A DNA stretch of 64,000 nucleotides, taken from positions 1,353,317-1,417,316 of the forward strand of contig OZ251243.1 in assembly GCA_965240325.2 (NCBI GenBank), given 5' to 3'. The translations under genes and the position numbers were made by a program. Below the pieces are notes generated by a model that saw only the letters and a program-made list of their open reading frames with translations, had not been told where the DNA came from and did no database searches. Below are positions 1 to 8,129 of this stretch, piece by piece; the first letter of the stretch is position 1; each line of letters starts with the position of its first letter. The DNA is from Rebecca billardiae RCC1528. Taxonomy: Eukaryota; Protista; Haptophyta.

Positions 1-225
1 AACTGAGGAGGCCGATGATGATGCATTCATCACGCAGGCGCGCGGCTGCAGCTCGAGGCCGAGCCCCTGCCCATGCCGCGGTGCGCCGGTGCCCCGCGTA
101 GCCTGACGAACTATATATATAGTCGTACTAGCCGTGCCGCGCCGGTCCGGTTTTACGGCACGCTGCACTGGGCAGCAGCGCGCGTGGCGCCATGCCCTGC
201 GCCGGCACGCGCAGGCACGCCACGC

Positions 226-1245
226 TCAGTAACGCCTGCGCGGCCATCGGACGACGTGCAGCGAGCGCACGTCACCTGATCCGTCCACCACCAGGCTGCG
301 TGCATGGTCGGCGCTCACGCGCACGGCGCGCACGCCAGCTTGCGCCTCGATGCGCCTAGGTTTGTGCTGATGCTGCCGGTCGCCGTGGCCGAGACAGCCC
401 GAGTTGCCATCGCCGCACGAGTAGACGGCTCCACCGATCGAGAGCAGCAGCGTGTGGTTGTTGCATGCGGCCACGCCGCCCACGCGCACGCCGTCCAGCG
501 CCTCGATGCGCGTCGGCTCCCACCGGTCCTTCTTGTCGCCGTGGCCGAGCTGGCCGCTGCGGTTGGAGCCCCAGCTGAATGCCACGCCGGCAGCCGTGAG
601 CGCAAAGCTGTGGCAAGCGCTGGCGCTCGTGCCGACGACGAGCTCCGCGCCCAGCGACGCCACCTGCACAAACGCCCGCCGCTCGGCTTTGTCGCCCACG
701 CCCAGCTGGCCGTGGCCGTTGCGGCCGCACGCGTACACGGCGCCCGCCTCGCTCAGCGCGAGCAGGTGCTTGTCGCCGGCAGCCACTGCGCGCACGCGCA
801 CCGCATCCAGTGAGACCACGCGCGTCGGCACGGACACGGTCGCCCCCATGCCGAGCTCGGGGTGGCCCAGCGGCGCGCCGCACGTGTGCACGCAGCCGGC
901 GCCGTCGACAAATGCTGAAAATTGAGCCGGGGAGGTTGGGCTGCCAGTGGTCATGTGCGCGTGCGCGCACGCAAGCTCGAGCACGCGCTCGCGCGCGAAC
1001 AGCTCCTCGGCCCACGTGGACACGCCCGCGGGCAGGGCCGCCGGCAGCACGGCCGCGTGCCCACGCGCGCGCGCGCGCTCACGCAGCGCGTGCTCGAGCG
1101 GCGCGCCGCAGAAGAGGCGCGCGGCTGCGTTGGCGGCGGCGAGATCGCGCACGTCATCGAGGTGGACGAGGATGCGCGCGACCAGCTCGGGCGGCAGGTC
1201 GGTCAGCCGCACGGCCGTCGCGGCAGAGCGGGCGTGCGACGACAT
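226..1245 (-). CDS. F-box-like + RCC1/BLIP-II repeat protein
   Basis: N-terminal F-box-like motif LTDLPPELVARILVHLDDVRDL, followed by 3-4 RCC1 repeats (VAAGDKHLLAL..GAVYACGRNGHGQLG; HSFAL..GVAFSWGSNRSGQLGHGD; HTLLL..GAVYSCGDGNSGCLGHGD). First in-frame ATG is at 1245; the ORF track opens at 1266 on a non-ATG codon. Fewer than 7 blades, so possibly truncated. Confidence 0.85.
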   Translation of the reverse strand: MSSHARSAATAVRLTDLPPELVARILVHLDDVRDLAAANAAARLFCGAPLEHALRERARARGHAAVLPAALPAGVSTWAEELFARERVLELACAHAHMTTGSPTSPAQFSAFVDGAGCVHTCGAPLGHPELGMGATVSVPTRVVSLDAVRVRAVAAGDKHLLALSEAGAVYACGRNGHGQLGVGDKAERRAFVQVASLGAELVVGTSASACHSFALTAAGVAFSWGSNRSGQLGHGDKKDRWEPTRIEALDGVRVGGVAACNNHTLLLSIGGAVYSCGDGNSGCLGHGDRQHQHKPRRIEAQAGVRAVRVSADHARSLVVDGSGDVRSLHVVRWPRRRY

Positions 1246-1451
1246 GAGCGTGACGACGGTTGGCACAGTGATGCTAATCGCTACCGGTTCGCAGCCGGGG
1301 ATGTCTGGGCCTGTCGTCGGGCGGCGGGTCAGATTTGATGACGAGATTTCTGAGATCGCCGCCAGATCTCACCCTTGGATCGGCGACCTTCGAGGCTGCC
1401 GGGCCCGGGCGGGCCGTCGCCAGCTCGCGGTGGGCGCCGCCATTCCCGCCA

Positions 1452-2627
1452 ATGGCGCCGCGCCGACCCGCGAGGGCCCGGCGCCCCGCGGGGCCGAAGG
1501 GCGCGCGCGCGGCGGAGGCCGCGCTCGTGCGCGCCGCCCTGCGCGGCGGCGCGGCGGCGCGCGCGCGGCTGCGCGCGCGCTGGCCGGTGCTCGCGTCCGT
1601 GCGCGAGTCGTGCGCGTACCGCGGCTTCGACTTCCACCGGCTCAACCTGCTCGGCTGGGGCTCGAGCGTGTGGCGCGAGCGCGTGCTCGCCGTGCGCGGC
1701 GCGGCGCTCGTGCCGCCGCTGCCCGACGCGTCGCGCGTCACCGCGCCGCGCGGCGTCGCCGCCACGTCGTGCGCGCCGCGCGGCCGTGGCGGCCCGTACC
1801 ACGCGCGCGGGCTGCCGATCCGCGGCGTGCGCGGCGGCGGCTACCTGCGCTTCTTCGACGCGAAGGGGCGCGAGCTCGGCACGTCCGCGGGGCTGGGCGC
1901 GGGGCTGCGCCTCGCGCTCGAGACGATGGGAGTGCCGCGCGCCGCGCGCGTCGCCGCCGAGCTGCGCGAGCCGCGCACGCGCGCGCTGCTGCGGCGCTGG
2001 CTGCCGCGCGGCGACACGCGGCCCATCCGCGCGCTCGAGCTCGGCGTGCCCGTGCCCGCGTACCGCCGCGTGCTGCGCGGCGTGCTGGCGGAGCTGCGCG
2101 CGCGGCTCGGCGTCGCGCCCGCCGACGTCGCGTTCATCGACCTCGGCGCGGCGCTCGGCCTGACGAGCATCGCCGCGTGGGCGGAGGGCGTGCGCACGTT
2201 TGTGGGCGCGGACGTGGCGGACACGCCGTACGCGGCGCTGCTCGGCGGCGTGTACGGCGCGCGCGCGGAGCTGGTGCGGCTCGACCTGGCGTCCGAGGGC
2301 GCGCCGGCGCGCGTGTGCGCGCTCGTCGCGCGCGTGCGCGCCGAGCTCGAGGCGCGCTCGGGCGGCCGCCCCGTCGCGGTGGTCGTGCACGCGTCGCCGC
2401 CGTGCGGGCCGATCGCCGCGGTGAACACGACGGGCGGGCGCGCGGCCATCGCCGCGGCGCGCACGCGCGGCTTCGCCGTCGTCGAGCGCTTCCTCGACGC
2501 GCTCGTCGCGGTGATGGCGCCGGCGCGGCGCGGCGCGGCGCGCGGCGCGCGGGCCGACGCGTGCACCTTCGAGGAGGTCGCCACGCTGATGCCGTACCTG
2601 GTGCGCGCGGCGCGGCGGCGGCAGTAG
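1452..2627 (+). CDS. Divergent, apparently circularly permuted C5-cytosine DNA methyltransferase-like protein (~391 aa; alternative ATG at 1338)
   Basis: C-terminal half: FIDLGAALG (motif I-like, 2133), FVGADV (II), VVVHASPPC (IV, catalytic PC, 2388-2405), TFEEV (VI-like, 2568). N-terminal half: SCAYRGFDFHRLNLLGWG (VIII-like, ~1611), ETMGVP (IX-like, ~1920), ALELGVPVPAYRRVL (X-like, ~2031). GC3-rich codons, TAG stop at 2625-2627. Confidence 0.65.
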   Translation: MAPRRPARARRPAGPKGARAAEAALVRAALRGGAAARARLRARWPVLASVRESCAYRGFDFHRLNLLGWGSSVWRERVLAVRGAALVPPLPDASRVTAPRGVAATSCAPRGRGGPYHARGLPIRGVRGGGYLRFFDAKGRELGTSAGLGAGLRLALETMGVPRAARVAAELREPRTRALLRRWLPRGDTRPIRALELGVPVPAYRRVLRGVLAELRARLGVAPADVAFIDLGAALGLTSIAAWAEGVRTFVGADVADTPYAALLGGVYGARAELVRLDLASEGAPARVCALVARVRAELEARSGGRPVAVVVHASPPCGPIAAVNTTGGRAAIAAARTRGFAVVERFLDALVAVMAPARRGAARGARADACTFEEVATLMPYLVRAARRRQ

Positions 2628-2673
2628 CGTCGCGGGCCGTCGCCGGGCGCGGCGCTCTGCTATTACTATCATC

Positions 2674-2698
2674 TATATATATATATATATATATTATT
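2674..2698. repeat. (TA)n microsatellite downstream of the 1452-2627 gene
   Basis: tatatatatatatatatatatatt run directly visible ~45 bp after the stop codon. Confidence 0.9.
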
Positions 2699-3276
2699 GG
2701 GTAGTAACGCGAGCTCCGAGCGTGCCGAGCCCTGCTAAAAGCTCACCGGCGCGCACTCGGGCGCGTCGTCGATGCCGTCGCTGTTCACTCGCTGCCACCG
2801 CGGACGGTGAGCAACCGCTTGACTGCGGCGATTAACCCGCCGGCGGGCCGATATCATTACTAGTGATATTACTACCGTGGCGGGCCCGCGGCGGCGCATG
2901 TGGGCGGGGTTCAGGGCCAGGCGAGGGCGGTCACTAGTGGCGGCGGTACGGGCGGGCGACCGCCCGGCACTGCGGTCCTGACCGGATCGCCGCGGGCCCC
3001 GGTGGCGGCGCCCACTGAGTGCGTCAGCGACCGGCGGGTGCCACTGCGAGCGGTCAGCCGGCCCCGGGCACCGTGCTGACTGCTGCTCGCCTGCTCAGGG
3101 CCAGGCCCGTCGGTCGGTCACGACGATACTCGACGCTCAATTGATCTTCTCCGAGCTGTTGGGACCGTATTTCGTCATGTTAGATATGCCGATGACGACA
3201 TGCTGTATGATATGATATATGCGCGCTGTGCCGCTTGAAGCGTAGTGACGACAGAGGGCGGGCGGCGCATGGTCTC

Positions 3277-3963
3277 TCAGCGCGTCTGGGAGAACGGCGC
3301 CGTGTCCGCCACCCCGTGGCGGGCGGCCACGCGCCCCTCGTTCACCTCGCACACCGCCGCCATGAGCGCCTTGAACGCCTTCGCGTGCATGGGTTTGTGG
3401 CGCTTCTGTTCGAGCATGGTCTCCAGCTCGTGCATGGTCATCGGCATGTGGGGCGCCGGGTACGGCACGGGGCGCGCGAGCTCGATGGCGCCCACGACCG
3501 CCGATGCGGTGGGTTTCTCCGGCGCGGCGCCGCGCGTGAACGCAAAGCCCAGGATCGCGCTGTGAGGCAGGTCGCCGCGCAGCCCCTCGCGCGCCGCGCG
3601 CAGCGCCGTCGCCTCAGCCGCGTGCCGCCCGCGCACCGTCCTGTTCTTGCTCGCGCGGAAGGCCCATGCCACGAGCTCGCCGCTGGGCACGATCTGCGTC
3701 TCGCGGCGCTTCTCGAAGCACGCGATCGCGGAGGCGAAGGGCTGCTGTAGCGGGAAGATGCCACCCACGCGCGCGCCGAACGTGCGGAAGAAGGTCGCGA
3801 GGTGCCGCTCGTAGTGGCGCGCCGACGCGAGCTTGTACCGGCGGCCGACGACCCCCTTCCGCCGGGGGTTGCGCTCGAGCCGCGCGATGGCGCACTTTGC
3901 GGTCCCCATCGCGTTTGAAGTTTGAACCCGGCCCAGTCGCAAACTCCGAGTGCTTACCCCCAT
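3277..3963 (-). CDS. ASCH (ASC-1 homology, PUA-like) domain protein (start could be ATG 3909)
   Basis: IFPLQQPFASAIACFEKRRETQ...AWAFRASK...DLPHSAILGFAF matches the ASCH pattern sl.QPwAslI..G.K..EtR...l.IHAsk...lP.gaIiG. Confidence 0.7.
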   Translation of the reverse strand: MGVSTRSLRLGRVQTSNAMGTAKCAIARLERNPRRKGVVGRRYKLASARHYERHLATFFRTFGARVGGIFPLQQPFASAIACFEKRRETQIVPSGELVAWAFRASKNRTVRGRHAAEATALRAAREGLRGDLPHSAILGFAFTRGAAPEKPTASAVVGAIELARPVPYPAPHMPMTMHELETMLEQKRHKPMHAKAFKALMAAVCEVNEGRVAARHGVADTAPFSQTR

Positions 3964-4410
3964 ACAGTAGTGGGACTAAACAGGCATGGCGGGTGGTTAC
4001 GGCAGGGCTTTTAGGAGTGATAGTTGGGGCTTCGGTCCCGCTATGCCTGTCTGATCATATAGGAAGAGTACGACCGGCAGCAGGATGGCTGAACTCGGAC
4101 TCCCCGGCGAGTCTGCATCCCGCGGCGCGAGCCTGGTTGTGCGCCAGGAGGAACGTACAGCGTCTCCCCCACGTGCCTTGCGCCTGCCCACTGTGGCCCG
4201 CCTTGCTGGCGGCGCGCGGGCCATCCGACCGAGCCGGGCGACGTAACAGGGCCACCTGCAGTGGGGCCTTGGCGGCGCTTCGCGCGCATCGTTCCGAGGC
4301 AGCATCCATCTCCCGCGCCCCTGCCGTCGCCATTGGTAGCTCCTCGGATGCCGCGTTTATATATATCACGAAGGCCCACTGATGTCGATCTGAGTCAGCA
4401 CTGTCAATCT

Positions 4411-4452
4411 CGCCTGCCTGAGCTGTGTGCGTCTCTTATTCTTAGTAAACTG
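4411..4452 (-). mobile_element. Transposon-like terminus, family A (copy 1), followed by TA
   Basis: CGCCTGCCTGAGCTGTGTGCGTCTCTTATTCTTAGTAAACTG|TA; near-identical to 7628-7670 (direct) and 7760-7804 (inverted). The TA|CAGT terminus is typical of Tc1/mariner/pogo-type elements. Confidence 0.65.
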
Positions 4453-4832
4453 TAGTAGTACTAGTACTGGAACGTCTCGGACACGGTAAACATACGCACG
4501 CGCAGTCCGTGCCCGCTGACGTGTACGGTGTATGTGAGCCTCTTCTGTCTTCACGGCGGCACTGCGGCGTCCGCGCGCCACTACTGTCTACTGCTCGGTC
4601 GAGTTAGACTGAGTGACTCTACATCATATAGCGCTGTAGTACCGCGCTGCGCCGTGGCGCGTCCCAGAACTAAACTCGACGATCCGGCGTCGATGAATAA
4701 TCGGCAACATCAGAGTAGTAGTCGTGTGCGTCAACTGTACACGTCGATACGTACATATGGCCTTCATTCGCTCGTCAGCGCCCTCTCCGACGACCAGACT
4801 GGTAGTAGCTGCTAGCAGTATCGTGCTGCGGC

Positions 4833-7451
4833 TCATCTCGCGGCCGTGGCCGCGTCCGCCTCGTCGCTGCGCCGCCGCTTGCGGCAGGGCGGCGGCGACG
4901 GCGCCGCCGGCTCCGCGGTGAGCCGGTCGAGCACGAGCACCGCGAGCTCGGCGCACAGCAGCACGGGCACGTGGTAGTACTCGCGCGGCGCCGCCTTCAC
5001 CTGCGCGGCGTGCCGCACGCGGCCGGTGCCGGGCGCGCGCTCGCACTGCTCGCACGGCGCCGCGTCCGAGCACGGCGGGCGCAGCGCGCCCTCGGGCGGC
5101 GCCACGCTCGCGCTGCGCCCGCGCCCGACGAGGATGAGCTGCGTCGGCTTCCGCGCGCCGTGCACCGCTGGCTCGAACGCGCCCGCCTCGCCGGCGCCGC
5201 CCTCGCGCGCGCGCGCGCGCCCGCCGCGCACGCGGCCGTCGAGCGCCGCGTGCGCGTACGCGCAGTGCGTCGTCACGTGCAGGTGCGCGCGCGGCACGGG
5301 CGCCTCCTCGTGCAGCTGGCGCACGAGCGGCAGGCTGAACGCGCTCGCGCCCAGCGGCATCTCGAGCACCGCCTGGCTGCCGCCGTCCGTCGCCTCGTCG
5401 GCGAGCCGCGCGGCGAGCGCGTTGCGCGTCGCGAGCTGCTCCGCCTCGTGCTGCGGCACGGCGCGCGCGAGCTCGGCGGCGAAGCGGTGCCGGTTGTGGC
5501 ACGCGCCGCACGTCTGCCCGCCGTTGAGCACCGAGCTCTCGGAGCACGGGCTGCCGCCCGTGCCGAGCACGGGCGGGTTGGCCGCGCGCCACGCGTCGAA
5601 CGCCAGCGCGAACCGCGGGTCGAGCATGTTGGCGACGATCGCGAGCCGCTCGCCAGGCCGCACGTGCAGCGGCGTGCGCACCTCGCCCCGCGCCCAGTGC
5701 TGCAGCGTGAAGCCCGCGTCGGCCACGAGCGTGCGCAGCAGGTCGGGGTCGCGGTCGACGGCGACGGCGGCGAGGCGCACGCGCGCGCCGCCGGGCGCGC
5801 GCGTGTGCGCCCCCACCGCGTCGCCCACGTGCAGGAACCAGCGCAGCACCGAGGCGCCGCCCGCCGGCGCCTCCACCGCGACCGGCGCGACGCGCGCCGC
5901 GCCCGCGGCGCCGCCCTCGCCGCTGAGCGCGGCCTCGAGCGTGCCCGCGCGCAGCGGCGCGGGCGCGTGCGCGCTCAGGTCGAGCGGCCCGCCGCGCGCG
6001 AGCAGCCGCGCGAGCGCCGCCTCGGGCTGCGGCGCGAGCCGCGGCGCCGCGCCGCCGCCGCCCGCGCGGCGCCGCCACAGCGCGGCGTACACGGCGGCGA
6101 CCGCGGCGGGCGGCGGCGGCCGCGGCGGCGGCGGCGCGGGCCGCGGCGGCGGCGGCGGCGGCGGCGGCGGCCGCGGCGGCGCGGCGGGCGGCACGCGCTC
6201 GGTGCGCAGCGCGCACGCCCGGGCGCCCTGCGCGAGGCGCGCGCCCACCGACGTGTCGGGCCCCCGCCCCATCGGCAGCAGGCGCGCCGCCATGGCGGCG
6301 ACGTCCTCCGTGCCGGGCTCGCCGCGCTGCGTGAGCGCGTGCGCGCCCACGCACGACCCGCGCGGCAGGCCGCGCGGGCCGACGGCGCCGGCGGGCGCGC
6401 CGAGCACGGCGCACAGATCGCCGAGCACGGCGCCCGCCGCCACGTGCAGCACGCGCTTCGGGATCACCCGGCCGCCCGCGCCGCCGCCCACCGCCTTCTC
6501 GCCCGCGTACACGATCCACACGGGCGGCGCGCGCGCGCCGGCCGGCTGCGCGCGCAGCGCGGCCACCGCGCGCTCCAGCTCGCCGCGGCCCTGCCGAGCG
6601 CCGCCGACGGTGCCGATGTGGTAGCGCTTGGCCGGGCGCTCGAACTGCAGCTCGTCGCGCCACTTCGCGAGGCACGTCACCTCGACCACCGTGCCGCCGC
6701 CGAGCGCGGCGGCCAGGTCGCCCGCCGGCGGCTCGCCCGCCGCGAGCGCGCGCGCCACCGCGCGCGCGCGCGCGTCCGCGCACGCGGCGCGCACGTGCGC
6801 CTCGCACGCGGCGGCCGAGCCGCCGGCGCGCACGAGCTCGCACGCGGGCGCGGCGTCGAGCGCGCGCGGCGCGCGCGGCGCGGGCGGCGCGCGCGGCGCG
6901 CGCGGCGCGCGCGGCGCGCGCGGCGCGGTGCTCAGTGCGAGCAGCTCCTCGCGCGCGCGCTCGAGCGAGCCGCCCGCGCGCTCGAGCGCGCGGCGCGCCA
7001 CGTCCGCCGCGCCCCCCGTCAGCCGCGCGCCGCCCCCGCGCGTCGCGGCGTCGCGCACGCACCGCAGCGCGTCGGCGCGCGCGCGCCCGTCGCCCGCGCG
7101 CGCGCACGCGTACGCGAGCTGCAGCAGCGCCGTCGGGCGCACGCGCGCGCCCGGGGCGGAGGCCTGCGTGTAGAGCCTCGCCAGCGCGTGCGGAGCGACG
7201 CCCGCCGCCGCCATCGCGGCGCGCAGCTCGCCCCACAAGCCCACGCCGCGCGCGGAGCGGCAGCGCGCGCCGCTGCCGGCGGCGCGCCCCGGCGCGCCCG
7301 CAAGCGGGCCTGCCTCGTAGGCCGCGATGAAGGCGCTGGCCGCGTCGGCGACGAGCAGCTGCTCGGCGAGCCGCGCGCAGCAGAGCAGCGCGTCGGCCTG
7401 CTCCAGCGCGTCGTTGAGCGCGGCGGCGAGCGGCGCGAGAGATGCCGTCAT
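4833..7451 (-). CDS. 872-aa protein with C-terminal divergent C5-cytosine methyltransferase-like domain (virus/retroelement type; domain ~4925-5850), Pro-rich linker and uncharacterised N-terminus
   Basis: Ordered motifs WFLHVGDAVG (I-like), AVAVDRD (II), IVANMLD (III), GTGGSPCSESS (IV, PC), AVLEMP (VI, cf. ENP), THCAYA...RKPTQL (cf. YCxYG...KPT), a Cys/His cluster (PCSDAAPCEQC...RH) and YYHVPVLLCAEL (cf. terminal IPxxL). ATG at 7451, GC3-rich codons. Confidence 0.7.
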   Translation of the reverse strand: MTASLAPLAAALNDALEQADALLCCARLAEQLLVADAASAFIAAYEAGPLAGAPGRAAGSGARCRSARGVGLWGELRAAMAAAGVAPHALARLYTQASAPGARVRPTALLQLAYACARAGDGRARADALRCVRDAATRGGGARLTGGAADVARRALERAGGSLERAREELLALSTAPRAPRAPRAPRAPPAPRAPRALDAAPACELVRAGGSAAACEAHVRAACADARARAVARALAAGEPPAGDLAAALGGGTVVEVTCLAKWRDELQFERPAKRYHIGTVGGARQGRGELERAVAALRAQPAGARAPPVWIVYAGEKAVGGGAGGRVIPKRVLHVAAGAVLGDLCAVLGAPAGAVGPRGLPRGSCVGAHALTQRGEPGTEDVAAMAARLLPMGRGPDTSVGARLAQGARACALRTERVPPAAPPRPPPPPPPPPRPAPPPPRPPPPAAVAAVYAALWRRRAGGGGAAPRLAPQPEAALARLLARGGPLDLSAHAPAPLRAGTLEAALSGEGGAAGAARVAPVAVEAPAGGASVLRWFLHVGDAVGAHTRAPGGARVRLAAVAVDRDPDLLRTLVADAGFTLQHWARGEVRTPLHVRPGERLAIVANMLDPRFALAFDAWRAANPPVLGTGGSPCSESSVLNGGQTCGACHNRHRFAAELARAVPQHEAEQLATRNALAARLADEATDGGSQAVLEMPLGASAFSLPLVRQLHEEAPVPRAHLHVTTHCAYAHAALDGRVRGGRARAREGGAGEAGAFEPAVHGARKPTQLILVGRGRSASVAPPEGALRPPCSDAAPCEQCERAPGTGRVRHAAQVKAAPREYYHVPVLLCAELAVLVLDRLTAEPAAPSPPPCRKRRRSDEADAATAAR

Positions 7452-7627
7452 CGCTGCCGGCCGTCCACTTCAGCCTGCCTGGAGCTGTGCCCATTCTACC
7501 GTAAGTATCGTTTCCATTTTGAGCCGACGAATCAGGGGACCCGCGTCGTCCTACCCGCGTCGTTACACCCGGAGCCCGTTATACTAAGGGAGAAGTTTGT
7601 CAGTACACTCATTATTTTCAAGTAGTG

Positions 7628-7670
7628 CTGCCTGAGCTGTGTGCGTCTCTTATACTGACTTAGTAAACTG
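7628..7670 (-). mobile_element. Transposon-like terminus, family A (copy 2), followed by TA
   Basis: CTGCCTGAGCTGTGTGCGTCTCTTATACTGACTTAGTAAACTG|TA, a direct repeat of 4414-4452. Confidence 0.65.
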
Positions 7671-7759
7671 TAAAGGCAGTAGGCGCTGCTGCAAGCTTCG
7701 ACTTATTAAATCATCATAGAATTAGTAGACGAGATTAGTACCCGCCCCGTACCGTCCTA

Positions 7760-7804
7760 CAGTTTACTAAGAATTATCAGAGACGCACACAGCTCAGGCA
7801 GGCG
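7760..7804 (+). mobile_element. Transposon-like terminus, family A (copy 3, inverted), preceded by TA
   Basis: TA|CAGTTTACTAAGAATTATCAGAGACGCACACAGCTCAGGCAGGCG, the reverse complement of 4411-4452 with a small indel. Confidence 0.65.
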
Positions 7805-8129
7805 GCCAGAACCAGTAGTAGTGGTAGTGCCGTGCGCAATCAACGGCCGATCCCCAGTGGCCAGTTCGTGATTCGTCAAGGGTTACTCCCCGTATCCTCG
7901 GCCAGCTGGCAGAGTTTGCCGCGATGTTGGGCACTGCGGTTTCGTCAGATGCCGAGGGCGCCCGGCCTCGGCGCGGGGCGGCCCCGTCGCCCCCGCGGCG
8001 CTGCGCGGCGCCGCGCCGGTGGCCGGCGCAGTGGGCCGTGGGCGGTGGCAGCCGGGGCCGCGCGTCGGTGCGCGGGGCCGCCGATGCCGTGTCGTGCATG
8101 AGCCGCGGTGGCTGAGCGCGCTAGCCTCA

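Noticed and set aside
947-7625. Long antisense or alternative-frame ORFs (947-2704, 1329-2672, 4624-7494, 4971-7625, 5026-6624)
   Set aside because: Typical GC3 shadows of the real genes, with no recognisable motifs.
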